A stretch of 64,000 nt of DNA from Candidatus Latescibacterota bacterium (lineage in GTDB: Bacteria > Latescibacterota > UBA2968 > UBA8231). The stretch spans positions 2,400,001 through 2,464,000 of the forward strand of contig OZ241362.1 of NCBI GenBank assembly GCA_965200315.1, read 5' to 3'. The position numbers and the translations under genes were made by a program. Below, in pieces: positions 43,123 through 53,900 of this stretch (its first letter is position 1; each line of letters starts with the position of its first letter). The notes under the pieces were generated by a model that saw nothing but the letters and a program-made list of their open reading frames with translations, made no database searches and was not told the DNA's origin.

Positions 43123-45264
43123 TCAGATCATGCCGCTGCGCTTGCGTCCAAACCACTCGACAGCCAACAGAGCAATCGCCAAAAGCGCGGGCCACAGCGG
43201 CCCCCACAGCGGCAAAACCTCGGCCTTTTCGACCCAACGCTTGCGCGGCGCAAGCTGTTCCAGCATGTCCTCCCAGTCCGCAAGCGAATAGGCGCGGCCG
43301 CCACTAGCGCGGGCCAGCCCACCCAAGAGCAATGGGTCGGCGTGCAAATCCCCAAGCTCAATGCTGTACTCTTCGACGACAAAGCGACCCATAGTCGCAC
43401 CTATAGCGGCTTGGTCCACTGCGGCCCGAACCTCGTATTCATACGTGCCGGGGGCCAGCCCACTAGCGACGCCTCGGTAGTGCCCGGCTCCTTGTGATTG
43501 CAGGTCGAACGCTTCCCGTCCGGCTAGCGCGACCTGTACCGTCACCCCCGGTTGCGGCTTTAGCAGTTCGTCGAAAACCTGCACCGCGAAAACCACTTCC
43601 TCGCCCGCCCGGTACACAGGTCGCTCGGTTGAGGCACGGACCCGCCCGCCCGGAGCGTCGAGCGCGAGCCACTTGGCGGCGTCGCGCCAGAACGTTTGAA
43701 TGGTCTGGGGTTGGCCATTGACGCCGCTGCTCATCAGGTCGAGCCGCCAAAAAGACGCGGATAGAGCCGCTATGACCTTGCCCGCGCCATACGCGCCCGC
43801 AATTACGACAGGCTCGCCGCCTGCGCCCTCGACCAGCACGGTGGTGCCCGGCCGCTGCTGAGCCGTGCGAAAGTAGCCCGGCAGCGGCGGCAACCGAAGC
43901 CACGGATCGTCTGCCCCTGCGGGCTGTCGCACGACCGGATGGTGCCGCCCGCCCGCGCTGAGTCGCAACAAGACCTCGCCCGGCACAAAGGGCACAGGAC
44001 CAGCTACCTGAAGCGGCATGAGCGCAGCCAGCGGCGAGTCGGCACGCCAAGCCTGCGCCATCTTGACCCCTCCGACAACGAGCAAACCGGCTCCGGCGTA
44101 CACGTGCTGGACTAACGCAGCGGCGGGCGGGCCGTTGAGCAGCCACGCGCCCGGATTCACCAGCAGCACCACATCCCGACCCTGCAAAACAGCCGGACTC
44201 CACGCGCCGCCGTAGAACGCGTCCGGCTCCCGCTGAATCAGGGTCTCTACTACCCAACTCAAATCTGCGCTTAAACTGCGGCGCAAAAAGGCCAAATCCT
44301 CGCTGGGGCCTCCGGCTAGCAACAGCACCCGCGTGCGCCCGGCGAGAATGTGAGTAAACGCGAGGGCCTCGTTGTCTGCGGTCGCAAATTCCCCGGCCAC
44401 GGGCGCAATAGCCACGCGAAAAATGCACGGGCCAGCTTGTTGAGGCGTCACTGCAAACGAGACGCGTTGTACCTGTCCATCGCCGGCCAACAGCAGCGAT
44501 TGTCTCTGGAGCAATCGCTCGCCCTCGTAGAGCTGGACTTCCACGCGTTGCCCCTCGTATCCCCAACTCCGCATCTCGGCATCAATCGACTGACTCTGAC
44601 CGACATATCCGGTTTCGGCCGTGCGCACGTCCATTAGCTGGACATCGACGGGTACCTCCGCGCCTCCCACACCAAGCGCGTACACGGGTACGCCCAATTC
44701 CGCGCCCAGTTGCACCGGGTTGCGGCCCAAGTTGTGGCCCCCGTCGGAGAATAGGACCACGCCTTGGAGACGCTCCCGCTCGATGACCCCCTCCAAGCTG
44801 GTGGCAAGGGCGCTGCCTATATTCGTCGCCTGACCGCGAGTAATTGCGGTCGCGACCGTGTCAAGCGCGAGCGGATACGCCGACTCGGCAAATCCCCAAG
44901 CGCGGACTTCGGCCTGATGCAAGTGCGCTGACCAACGCTCGTCGCCCAGCACGGCCACTGCCTGTTGTAGTCGCGTGACAGGCCCGTCGGCTACCCTCAT
45001 GCTCGGGCTCGTATCGACTACCACCACCACCAGTGGCCGTATGACCTGTTGGTGCCACCACGTCAAAACCGGCTCGCACAACACCATAGCCAGCAAAGCC
45101 ACGGCCGCGGTACGCAACGCCACGAGTACCATGCGGCGCTTGGGATCAACCTGCGGATATGTCCGCTGATATACCCAATAAACAAATGCGAGTAGGAAGG
45201 GCAGCAGGACGAGGAATACGCTTGGTCCCGCTAGCTGGAGGTGGCTATCCGCCCACTCAGACAC
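43123..45264 (-). CDS. Membrane-anchored vWA-domain protein with class-I GATase-like domain
   Basis: N-terminal TMs, MIDAS DTSPS, TNIG, LFSDG, C-terminal TM ending EWFGRKRSGMI. Start approximate. Confidence 0.8.
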   Translation of the reverse strand: MSEWADSHLQLAGPSVFLVLLPFLLAFVYWVYQRTYPQVDPKRRMVLVALRTAAVALLAMVLCEPVLTWWHQQVIRPLVVVVVDTSPSMRVADGPVTRLQQAVAVLGDERWSAHLHQAEVRAWGFAESAYPLALDTVATAITRGQATNIGSALATSLEGVIERERLQGVVLFSDGGHNLGRNPVQLGAELGVPVYALGVGGAEVPVDVQLMDVRTAETGYVGQSQSIDAEMRSWGYEGQRVEVQLYEGERLLQRQSLLLAGDGQVQRVSFAVTPQQAGPCIFRVAIAPVAGEFATADNEALAFTHILAGRTRVLLLAGGPSEDLAFLRRSLSADLSWVVETLIQREPDAFYGGAWSPAVLQGRDVVLLVNPGAWLLNGPPAAALVQHVYAGAGLLVVGGVKMAQAWRADSPLAALMPLQVAGPVPFVPGEVLLRLSAGGRHHPVVRQPAGADDPWLRLPPLPGYFRTAQQRPGTTVLVEGAGGEPVVIAGAYGAGKVIAALSASFWRLDLMSSGVNGQPQTIQTFWRDAAKWLALDAPGGRVRASTERPVYRAGEEVVFAVQVFDELLKPQPGVTVQVALAGREAFDLQSQGAGHYRGVASGLAPGTYEYEVRAAVDQAAIGATMGRFVVEEYSIELGDLHADPLLLGGLARASGGRAYSLADWEDMLEQLAPRKRWVEKAEVLPLWGPLWPALLAIALLAVEWFGRKRSGMI

Positions 45265-46267
45265 GCCAGCCCAGGCGGGGAGCGGCGTCCACATTGAGAC
45301 TGTCGCAGACGCCGCGGCTGAGGTAGAAGGCTCCAACAGCCCCCACCATAGCGGCGTTATCTGTACACAAATCGTATGCCGGACAATGGAAGGCTAGGCC
45401 GCGGCGCTCGACCGCGACGCGCAACCGCTGGCGCAGCCGCTGGTTGGCGGCAACTCCGCCCGCAAGGCATACGGTCGCCACGTCTGCTCGCTCCAAGGCC
45501 AACAGGGTCTTAGCAACCAAGGCATCCACTACGGCTTCTTGGAAGCTAGCGGCAATATGGGCGAGCTGCTGTATGCGCACTTGCGGGGTAAGAGAGCGGA
45601 CGTAGTGTAACACCGAGGTTTTGAGGCCACTGAAGCTGAAGTCCATCTCGTCCACGAGGGCGCGAGGGAAGTCAATGGCCTTGGGATCGCCATCCTCGGC
45701 CAACTCGGCGATGAGCCGACCACCGGCCACCACCCCTTCTCCGGGCAGCAGGCCCAGCAGCTTGGCGACCTTGTCAAATGCCTCACCAGCCGCGTCGTCT
45801 CGCGTGCGTCCCAGCACCTCGTATGAGCCGAGTTCGCGCACCAAAATCAACTCGGTGTGTCCGCCCGATACCAGCAGTGTCAGGAAGGGAACCTCGACCT
45901 GCGCGGCGACCAAGTTGGAAAACACGTGAGCCTCTAGGTGATGGACACCCACCAGCGGCTTGTTGCGCGCCAAAGCCAGCCCCTTGGCCAGTGACAGCCC
46001 CACGATCAACGACCCGACTAAGCCAGGCCCTCGCGTCGCTGCCACCCCATCCACTTCTTCCCACCCAACACCTGCGGTCGCTAGGGCCTGTCGCACGACT
46101 GGCACCAAAGCACACATATGGGCGCGCGAAGCCAACTCGGGCACCACGCCTCCGTATGGTGCGTGATCTTGTTGTGAGAAGATGATATTGGAATGCACAG
46201 CGTACGACTCATCAACGACTGCCGCAGCCGTCTCATCGCAGGAGGTCTCCAGCCCCAGTACCAACAT
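45257..46267 (-). CDS. tsaD: t6A synthase TsaD
   Basis: GLETSCDET, GGVVPELASRAH, HHLEAH, VSGGHT, DDAAGEAFDK, FSFSGLKT, TDNAAM. Confidence 0.97.
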   Translation of the reverse strand: MLVLGLETSCDETAAAVVDESYAVHSNIIFSQQDHAPYGGVVPELASRAHMCALVPVVRQALATAGVGWEEVDGVAATRGPGLVGSLIVGLSLAKGLALARNKPLVGVHHLEAHVFSNLVAAQVEVPFLTLLVSGGHTELILVRELGSYEVLGRTRDDAAGEAFDKVAKLLGLLPGEGVVAGGRLIAELAEDGDPKAIDFPRALVDEMDFSFSGLKTSVLHYVRSLTPQVRIQQLAHIAASFQEAVVDALVAKTLLALERADVATVCLAGGVAANQRLRQRLRVAVERRGLAFHCPAYDLCTDNAAMVGAVGAFYLSRGVCDSLNVDAAPRLGWRV

Positions 46268-46269
46268 TA

Positions 46270-47202
46270 CTAGTAGCTCACCAAATCGACGTATGCTGGC
46301 GCGATCTGGCGCACCTCGAAAAGCGGTGTCTCCGCGCTGTGTACTGGCAGCGAATTCCCCTGATATTCGGCATAATCTACGTACAGCTCTATGTCGCGGG
46401 CCGGGTCAAGCTGGGTGATCACGCCAACTCCGCCGCGCACCTTGACTTGGGCGGTGGCTGGCTCGGGACGTAGGCGCACCTTGCCGAGGTGTCGCACGGT
46501 AATCGGCACTCCGATTAAATCGTCTTCGGCCAACATCTGCACAGTGGCGCGTACGCGCACGGTCCTAGGCACGAACGCAAGTTGCGTACGCTGGGGATGC
46601 CGCAAGGACTGCTCTACGTCCACATCTTCTGTAACACTCTGCAAAACCAGCGAATCCGTATCCACATAACGCAATGCGGCAACCTGCTGCTGCGGGCCGA
46701 TCACCCGGACAAGCGCGGGCTCAGCTTGCACCGGCGTCACCTGTACGTGGGCAGCAGCCACTTCTAGACTCGCTTGCACTCGCACGGGCACATCCCGTTC
46801 CATCCTCGGCGTTAGGGCAATTGCAATCTCTTTTGGTTCGAGAATTTCCTTGACTTCGACATCCAAGTCGGCCGCCCGCTTGGTGATTTGGGAAGGAGTC
46901 AAACGGTGGATCCGATTCTTGTCTTCGGCCCGCAACTTTAGAACAAAGGAATCGTCGTCCAAGTCAAACAGCAGATCCTTGCCCCCTCCTGTGACCAGGA
47001 CGCGAACCGTGGAAGGCACTTCACTGGCCAGCACCATATCCCCGGCTACCCCTTCGCCCGGCGGAGGGACTTCGATCCAGAGGCGCACTGCAATTTCTTT
47101 ATCGTAGTACTTCTCTGTAACTGCATGAAGCCACAGCGCAAAAGATAAGACCAAGGCACCTGCCCTGATCCCCCAACTGCTTACACTGATGTTGGCCAAC
47201 AA
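46270..47202 (-). CDS. YbbR/CdaR-like domain protein
   Basis: N-terminal TM (LSFALWLHA) then three repeated P..V.V.G beta domains. Start uncertain; the ORF-track start lies inside a hairpin. Confidence 0.7.
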   Translation of the reverse strand: MLANISVSSWGIRAGALVLSFALWLHAVTEKYYDKEIAVRLWIEVPPPGEGVAGDMVLASEVPSTVRVLVTGGGKDLLFDLDDDSFVLKLRAEDKNRIHRLTPSQITKRAADLDVEVKEILEPKEIAIALTPRMERDVPVRVQASLEVAAAHVQVTPVQAEPALVRVIGPQQQVAALRYVDTDSLVLQSVTEDVDVEQSLRHPQRTQLAFVPRTVRVRATVQMLAEDDLIGVPITVRHLGKVRLRPEPATAQVKVRGGVGVITQLDPARDIELYVDYAEYQGNSLPVHSAETPLFEVRQIAPAYVDLVSY

Positions 47203-47216
47203 TAGACCCCATAAGA

Positions 47217-47247
47217 AGAAGAGGCTCCACAAAAGGGGGCCTCTTCT
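47217..47247 (-). terminator. Hairpin/terminator after small Zn-ribbon gene
   Basis: AGAAGAGGC...GCCTCTTCT stem followed by a pyrimidine tract on the minus strand. Confidence 0.55.
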
Positions 47248-47294
47248 CGTGATCTACTACTTTTACCGCGTGCCAAAGGCGAAGACGCGACCGC

Positions 47295-47489
47295 TTACTT
47301 AAACGATCTCTTGAGTTCCTCGCCGATACTCAACTCGCCGTTATCAATTCTCATATGGTAGCCGCAACTTGGATTCGTGCAGACCCACGCTTTGTAGTGA
47401 ATGGCCGCGCCGTCTCTTCCATAGTCGGAAAGCGGGATCAAAACGCCTTCCCTGCACTTCAAACACTCAGGAAAATTAACTTTTTCCAT
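47295..47489 (-). CDS. 64-aa zinc-ribbon-like small protein
   Basis: CLKC...CTNPSC, strong GGAGGAG RBS, own gap and terminator. Confidence 0.75.
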   Translation of the reverse strand: MEKVNFPECLKCREGVLIPLSDYGRDGAAIHYKAWVCTNPSCGYHMRIDNGELSIGEELKRSFK

Positions 47490-47563
47490 CCGACCCTCTC
47501 CTCCGGTTTTAGCGTGTAGCCACTCGGGTCCACACTTTTATTCAAAGTACTGGTGTCACCCCA

Positions 47564-48037
47564 CTATGTCAATTGCCCAAGATGCACGGCGTATTCATAT
47601 ACGGCCCGTTCTTGGGCGGCTGTTTCCACCGAGCCGGGGCGCAGGTTCCTCACCTGCGTCAGAGCGTCCGCCGCACTGTTGCCCATTCTTACCAAATAAC
47701 TCGCCAACATAGTGCCCGTGCGCCCCAATCCCGCACTGCAATGGACCATCACCGGACGTCCTTGCTCGACTGCCTCGTCGACGAATTGGACAAACGCCCG
47801 TATATCCCCGAGCGAAGGCGACTGCATATCCTGTATGGGCAAGTGCAAGTACGCCATATCGCGTGCCGCCACCCCGCCTACCGGCAGGGCATTCGCGGTC
47901 AGCGACACAATCGCCTTTACGCCCTGCACCTCCAGTAAATCGAGATCGTCCTCCAGCCGCTCGTCCCCCTCCCAACCGCCAATCTGCCCAGCACCCGCCA
48001 ACCGACCCTCTAACAGCCAACCAAAATTGAACACCAT
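47564..48037 (-). CDS. Dual-specificity protein phosphatase (DUSP23/CDKN3-like)
   Basis: HCSAGLGRTG P-loop, PIQD acid loop, RPGSVETAAQ. Confidence 0.88.
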   Translation of the reverse strand: MVFNFGWLLEGRLAGAGQIGGWEGDERLEDDLDLLEVQGVKAIVSLTANALPVGGVAARDMAYLHLPIQDMQSPSLGDIRAFVQFVDEAVEQGRPVMVHCSAGLGRTGTMLASYLVRMGNSAADALTQVRNLRPGSVETAAQERAVYEYAVHLGQLT

Positions 48038-48039
48038 AA

Positions 48040-48480
48040 CTAGCGGCCTTCATAGGCTGCCTGTGGACCTTCAACCCAGCTTTCACCCTCGACCCCTACT
48101 TCCTTCTTCCATATCGGCACGATCTGCTTGAGCCGATCAATGGCGTACTGACACGCGGCCAACGCCTCGGCTCGATGAGGGCTAGCGACGGCAATTAACA
48201 CGCTGATTTCCCCGATTTCGAGCTTCCCTACGCGGTGAATCATCCCGACGTCCACGACGCCCCACCGCGCCTTCAGTTCTTTGCCAATCTGCGCCATCTT
48301 CTTCTCGGCCATAGCCGGATACGCTTCGTACACCAAGTACTCGGTTTGCTTGTCGCCGGAGTGATTGCGCACCACGCCGGCAAACGTGGCCACAGCGCCA
48401 TTTTCATCGCGCACCACGTCGGCAAACAAATCGTTGGGTTCAATAGGGCCTTCGGTAATTTTGAACACATCAGCCCCCAC
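48040..48480 (-). CDS. moaE: Molybdopterin synthase catalytic subunit
   Basis: FAGVVRN, YEAYPAMA, HRVGKL, SPHR, VPIWKKE. Confidence 0.95.
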   Translation of the reverse strand: MGADVFKITEGPIEPNDLFADVVRDENGAVATFAGVVRNHSGDKQTEYLVYEAYPAMAEKKMAQIGKELKARWGVVDVGMIHRVGKLEIGEISVLIAVASPHRAEALAACQYAIDRLKQIVPIWKKEVGVEGESWVEGPQAAYEGR

Positions 48481-48715
48481 TTACAGGCGGAATAAGGGCT
48501 ACCTCGTCTCCCGCTTTTAACGCGGTATGGCTTCCCACATACTCGGAATTGACCGCAATCGACAACACCTGTTGCACCGCAGCCAGTTGCGGATAAGCAG
48601 CCACGAGTTCGCGCTGCAAGTCCACGACCCGGTAGCCTTCGGCAATCTCCCACTCACAGCTTCTGTGGCCTACGGCATCGCGGCAGGAAGCAAAAAATAA
48701 AACCTTGATTTTCAT
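48470..48715 (-). CDS. moaD: Molybdopterin synthase sulfur carrier
   Basis: KVLFFA, AVNSEY, C-terminal IPPVSGG. Confidence 0.93.
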   Translation of the reverse strand: MKIKVLFFASCRDAVGHRSCEWEIAEGYRVVDLQRELVAAYPQLAAVQQVLSIAVNSEYVGSHTALKAGDEVALIPPVSGG

Positions 48716-48746
48716 AGCCAAGCGCAATAACACCGCAGCTTACGGC

Positions 48747-48785
48747 AAAAAAAGGAAATGGGACCCCTTATTGAGGCCCCATTTC
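48747..48785 (-). terminator. Terminator after 682-aa surface protein gene
   Basis: GAAATGGGGCCTC-AATAA-GGGGTCCCATTTC followed by CTTTTTTT. Confidence 0.8.
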
Positions 48786-48820
48786 ATTCGTTGATTACTG
48801 CTGTTGTCCTGCTGAGGAAA

Positions 48821-50869
48821 CTACCTGAGTAGCACCATCTTGCGCTTGGCTACGTAGTCGCCGGCATGGAGCAAGTAAAAATACATGCCGCTAGCGACGC
48901 CAGCGCCACTTTCGCTCCGGCCATCCCACACGGCTTGGTACTGACCTGCAGCCAGCGCCTCGCCGTCAACCAGCCTGCGCACGACCTGACCTGCGATGTT
49001 GTAAATCGTCAGGGAGACGATAGCATCGCTGCTCAACTCGTAGGGAATCGTGGTTTCCGGGTTGAAAGGGTTGGGATAGTTCTGACTCAGCGAGTTAGCC
49101 AACGGCAGGGCGGCTAGCGGCTTGGCAGCAGCCCAAGCCGCGCTGAAGTCAATCGCCAAGTCGAGGGCCTTGCCGGCCGCATTCTCCGTGGCGGTACTCG
49201 CCGTAATGCTGAGGAAAGACACGACCTCGGCGTCGACCTCAATCGACGAATTGCCGTCGGCATCGGTCGTATTGCGCACGAACGCGCTACCATGCGGGGG
49301 AATCGTGCCAATACCAAGCACGGACACCCACTCTGTGCTCCGGTTGTACACGTCCCACAAGATGAGCTGGTCCTCGCCCGGATCACCCCAGAGGTTGGTA
49401 AAATTGACCGAGTACGCGATCTCGCCGGGGCTGTCGTCGTCAACAACACCCGTGTCGGCCCCAGAAACCAACGAGTTGCCCACTAGTGGCGCAGTAGCCA
49501 CCAGCACTGGATCCGGCCGGTTGAGGTGCATGCTGCGACTCAACAACTCAGCATCCAAGTAATCGCGCATGCCGGACGACGGGCCGAGGGACACGCTGTG
49601 GACCACAATCTCCGCCTCCACCTCCTCGGTAAAGTTGTCTGAGGTGACGAGGACGAAGCTCCCTATATGGGCATCCCCATCTACGGCATCGCTGAGAACG
49701 ACTGCGCCGCCTCGCACCTGATTCCCGGAGACTTCCACGCCCGGACCCGCCAGCCTAAACGCAGAGGAACCCGAAAACGTGGTTTTCTCTAGATCAAAGG
49801 CATCGGCTGGCGACACCGTCACGATAACTTCAACCTGCTTCACGCCGACTAGCTCGTTCGCCGAAAGCACGACTGGAATTTTCGCACCCGGACCCGCGAC
49901 CACCTCGTTGAGGGCCTTGTCGTCGTTATTTAGGGAAACTTGCGAGACGAACATCAACTTGTCGGGATCTGGCACCGCCCACGTAGCGTTAAAATCGACC
50001 GCCAAGTCAATGGTGTCACCGGCCGGATTTACAGCAGTCGTGCGCGCCCGAACGTCGAGCGAAGTCGCAGCCGCCTTTAAGTTGCCTTCGGCGTCGAACT
50101 GAACCGCGGCATTGCCAGCCTCATCGGTCACATTCCGCAGGCATACGTACACGCCAGAGGGAACCTCGCCGACACCGAGCAGATAGACCGACCGCGAGCC
50201 GGTATTGGTGATGTCCCAAGCAATGGTCTGGCCCTTGGCGGGGGCACCATCATCGGTAAAATTGACCGAGAGCTCAATCTCGCCGGGGCTACCGTCCGCG
50301 TCCGCACCTGTGCCGACCGAGGAATAGGCCGGGTTAAGGGAGAGCGGTGAGGTCGGCATCATATCCGGCGGGGGCACGGCCCAGTTGACGATAAACAATC
50401 CTTCGGGACCAAGGACATCCCGGTCCACAGACGACGCCCCAAGGGACACGCTGCTCACCACAATCTCGGCCGGGGAGCCCCGGCTAAAACTACTCGACAT
50501 CGTGAGGGTAAAAACACCCAAATCACCATCGCCATCTACCGCCTCGCCGAGAGTGGCCCCACCGCTTTTGACCTGCCCATCCCCTAACAATTCCACGCCG
50601 GGCGAAAAACCAAAAGCAGGGGTAAAGGTCGTCGCCGCTAGATCGAAGGCATCCGCGGGCAATACCGTCAGGGTAACTTCAAACTGCTTTACCCCGACCA
50701 TCCCAGCGGCTGACAGTGGAACCTGCACTTGCTCACCAGCATCGGCGGCCGCATGTTCCTCATCCAGCGAAATGACGACATTTGCGTTGTCCCCGGCGAC
50801 AGCGGCACCGCAGAGTGCGAGCAACAGGGCGATGGCAAGAGGAAACGTCTTGCGCACGCTGTTATGCAT
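48821..50869 (-). CDS. Secreted protein with duplicated cohesin-like/Ig module and FlgD-Ig/T9SS-like CTD
   Basis: Signal peptide. Two roughly 280-aa repeats (VGVKQ.EV...PADAFDL..TTF...SVSLG.SS...SPGEI..SVNFT...LA.DF.A.WA). CTD QNYPNPFNPETTI...WDG...SGMYFY...KMVLLR. Confidence 0.8.
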   Translation of the reverse strand: MHNSVRKTFPLAIALLLALCGAAVAGDNANVVISLDEEHAAADAGEQVQVPLSAAGMVGVKQFEVTLTVLPADAFDLAATTFTPAFGFSPGVELLGDGQVKSGGATLGEAVDGDGDLGVFTLTMSSSFSRGSPAEIVVSSVSLGASSVDRDVLGPEGLFIVNWAVPPPDMMPTSPLSLNPAYSSVGTGADADGSPGEIELSVNFTDDGAPAKGQTIAWDITNTGSRSVYLLGVGEVPSGVYVCLRNVTDEAGNAAVQFDAEGNLKAAATSLDVRARTTAVNPAGDTIDLAVDFNATWAVPDPDKLMFVSQVSLNNDDKALNEVVAGPGAKIPVVLSANELVGVKQVEVIVTVSPADAFDLEKTTFSGSSAFRLAGPGVEVSGNQVRGGAVVLSDAVDGDAHIGSFVLVTSDNFTEEVEAEIVVHSVSLGPSSGMRDYLDAELLSRSMHLNRPDPVLVATAPLVGNSLVSGADTGVVDDDSPGEIAYSVNFTNLWGDPGEDQLILWDVYNRSTEWVSVLGIGTIPPHGSAFVRNTTDADGNSSIEVDAEVVSFLSITASTATENAAGKALDLAIDFSAAWAAAKPLAALPLANSLSQNYPNPFNPETTIPYELSSDAIVSLTIYNIAGQVVRRLVDGEALAAGQYQAVWDGRSESGAGVASGMYFYLLHAGDYVAKRKMVLLR

Positions 50870-50910
50870 AGTTGCTTCTCCTTATATATTTGTAACCTGT
50901 TGATTAAATA

Positions 50911-50952
50911 GTGAAATGGGACCCCAATCTGAGGTTTGAGGTCCCATTTCAC
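50911..50952 (-). terminator. Intergenic hairpin related to the 48755 hairpin
   Basis: GTGAAATGGGACCTCAA...TTGGGGTCCCATTTCAC with only a weak U tract. Confidence 0.6.
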
Positions 50953-50973
50953 TAACTCGCTGTGCAGTGGGTG

Positions 50974-53900
50974 TTACTTGAGCAGCAGCATCTTCTTGAC
51001 TTCGAGGAACTCGCCGCTCGCCTCCAAGCGGTAGAAATACATCCCCGACGACAAGCTGTGCCCGCTGTCGTTGGTCGCGTCCCACTCCACGACATAGCGA
51101 CCGGCACTCTGATGCTCGGCGACCAGCGTCCGCACCGGCTGACCCAGCACATTATACACCGTCAACGCCACATCCGCCGCCTGCGGCAACGCATACTGAA
51201 TCGTCGTCGCCGGGTTGAACGGATTCGGATAGTTGTCGGCCAACGAGAACACCGCCGGCCGCGTCTGCACCTGCACCGGAGCCGGCCGCGCCAAGCGGTT
51301 GAAGCCAAACGCGCTGTCATACGTCTGGGTGTCGGTGACCTCGATGCGCGTGCTCTCGATCTCCACGGTCGGACGGAAAACCAAGCTCAGGGCCACCGCG
51401 CCGTCGGCGACGAGGGCGCCGTGGGTGGCCACCGTCAACACACCGGCTTGGTCGGCCAACACCTGCGGCGTAGCCAACGCGCTACCCCCCAGCGGCTGAT
51501 CGGTTCGCACCTCGACGAACGCCAGCTTGTCGGCCTCATACTGCACCTGCAAGCCGTAGCCCTTGAGCGCGGTAAAGTCCGCCAAGCGCACATCGAGGAC
51601 AAAGTCCTCACCCACGTTGGGCAGCGCTGTCCGCGCATCCAAGTACAGCCGCGCATCGGCATTCAGACCCGCGAACATCGGCACACGCTTACCCGCCGCC
51701 GCCGTGCTGCGACCAAAGTTGTCGGCAAACACGAAGAAGTCGTCGAAGTCAATCGCGGCGTTCGGCGCCAGGTCAAACGCCGGATCAAACCCAGCGTCCG
51801 CAGCCGTCAAACCAAAGTTATCGGCGAAGATGAAGAAGTCGTCGAAACCAATGCGGCTATCGGTACCGAACAGACCGAAGATCGTGCGACCTTCGCTATC
51901 TACCACGCTGTTGCGCACGGCCATCGCCGTCTGTTCGACATCGGAACCCGTCTCGTTGTCCAAGTCGTAGGGCCGCACCTGATAGGTGTAATGCACCCCA
52001 TTCAGTGCCGTCTCATCGACAAAGGACGCGACACCAGCATCAACCTGTGCGATCATAACGAACTCGTCTTCGCCCGCAGCGCGGCGATAGATGCTGTAGC
52101 CATGGACGCCGACGACAGGATCGAGCTCGGCCGGGCCGACGGCTCCGGCAATGACGCCCTGCAAGAGCCGGTCAGACGGCGAGAGTGCCCACGTCAGGAC
52201 GATGCGGCTGCCTTGGTCGTTGGGCGCGTCCAAGACGCTCAGCGACGGCACGGCCAACGGCGGGATGTCGTCGGTAGCGCGAACCGCCTCTTCCGTGATG
52301 GTAAGAGCCGAGGACAACACGCCGTCAATCACGTTCAGCTTGGGAGCCACGCCCTGAGCGTAGGCGAGGGCTTCTGGCAGCAGCGAGGCGAACACCGGCC
52401 CATCACCGGCTTGCGCCGCTTCTCTGCTGGCCATCAGCGTCTCAGCCATCAGCTCGTAGGGCTGGTTCAAGTTTTCAGCACTGACGAACACGGCCTTAGC
52501 AGCACCGTGCGTGGTGCGACCACCACTCTCAGCAGCAATGCCCCAGCGAGTGGAAACATTGTCGAGCGTAGCGACGATGGCGCGACCCATCTCCACGCCC
52601 GGCACGGCATCCACCATGGCCCAAGGAACCATTTCATTACCCAGCACGGGCAGGGCGCGGAAGATGCGATAGCCGTCCAACCTGTCGTGATGCTCGGACA
52701 GTTCCCAAGACAGCATTACGAAACCGCCTTGGTCTCCGAGGCCGTCAGCCCCCTTGTAGTCTTCGGCGACTAGATTGTCGGGAGCATCCAGCGGAGGAAG
52801 GACCACCACCACGGGAACCGGTATCGACTGGGAAGCACCGCTGGCATCCATAACCGTGTAGGTAACGATTGAAACCTCACTTTCCGTCGTCGGCGTACCC
52901 GAAACCGTCCGCGTGGCCGGATCAAACGACAGACCGGCAGGCAGGCCCGACACGCTATACGTCAGTGGCGGGGTCCCACCCGACTCGACTGCCGGCAGCG
53001 TCAGGCTCACCGGCACATCAACGAAGAGTCGGATTGCTCCTTCGTCGTGCTCATCAGCCGGATTGGCCTTGCCAGCACCGCCGGTGAGCGCACCAAACAA
53101 CGAGCCAAGGTCGCCAAAGTCCAGCATCGCGTTGACCTTGATGGAGAAGGTCAACGAGACGTTTTCATCGCCGGCCGCGGCCGTGTAAGTGACTTCCATG
53201 GTATCCTCGGCTTCGGGCGTACCCGAAAGCGTCCGCGTATCCGCGTCAAACGACAGACCCGCAGGTAACTCGGAGACGCTGTAGGCGATGTCACCCAAAC
53301 CACCCGTCGCTTCCGGTAGGGTTACATCGGCAATCGCCGTACCAGCGGTAGCTTCGATGCCGTCGATCATGGTCCCTTCGGCGAACGTGAGGGGCGGCGC
53401 GTCCATCGGCGCGTCGTAGTCGTCCAGCTTGATCGTCACTGTGCCGCCAGCCAAGGCGGCACCGCCAGTCGGCGTACCGACCAAGGTGATGGTCTCGCTG
53501 CCCTCGTCATCCGCATCTATTCTTGGATCAATGACAAAGTTCACCGAACCCGATACTTCGCCAGCCGGAATCGTCAGTTCCGCGTCAAATAGCATCTGGT
53601 AGTCCTCATCGCGGGCGGCTTCCGAATTTGGATCAACAGAAATGATCACTTTCTGGTCAGCGTCCAACACCTTGCCGTCCAAGGTCGCGGTGATCGTACC
53701 AACAGTTTGACCGTCGTTCTCGTTTACGGCATTGGGATTTGCCGAAAGCGAGATGGACGTGCTAGCCGTTTCGTCATCGGCGATCTTGATCGTCGCCGAT
53801 TCCGAACCACCCGATGCTTGCGCCCGCACGACGATATACTTATTGCCATCCGTGGCGTCGTTGTCGAGGGGGGTCAGCGTCAGCGTCGTCGAAGCAGAGG

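Noticed and set aside
50962-52773. 603-aa plus-strand ORF
   Set aside because: Antisense shadow of the GC-rich 3' part of the 1775-aa gene; no recognisable motifs.
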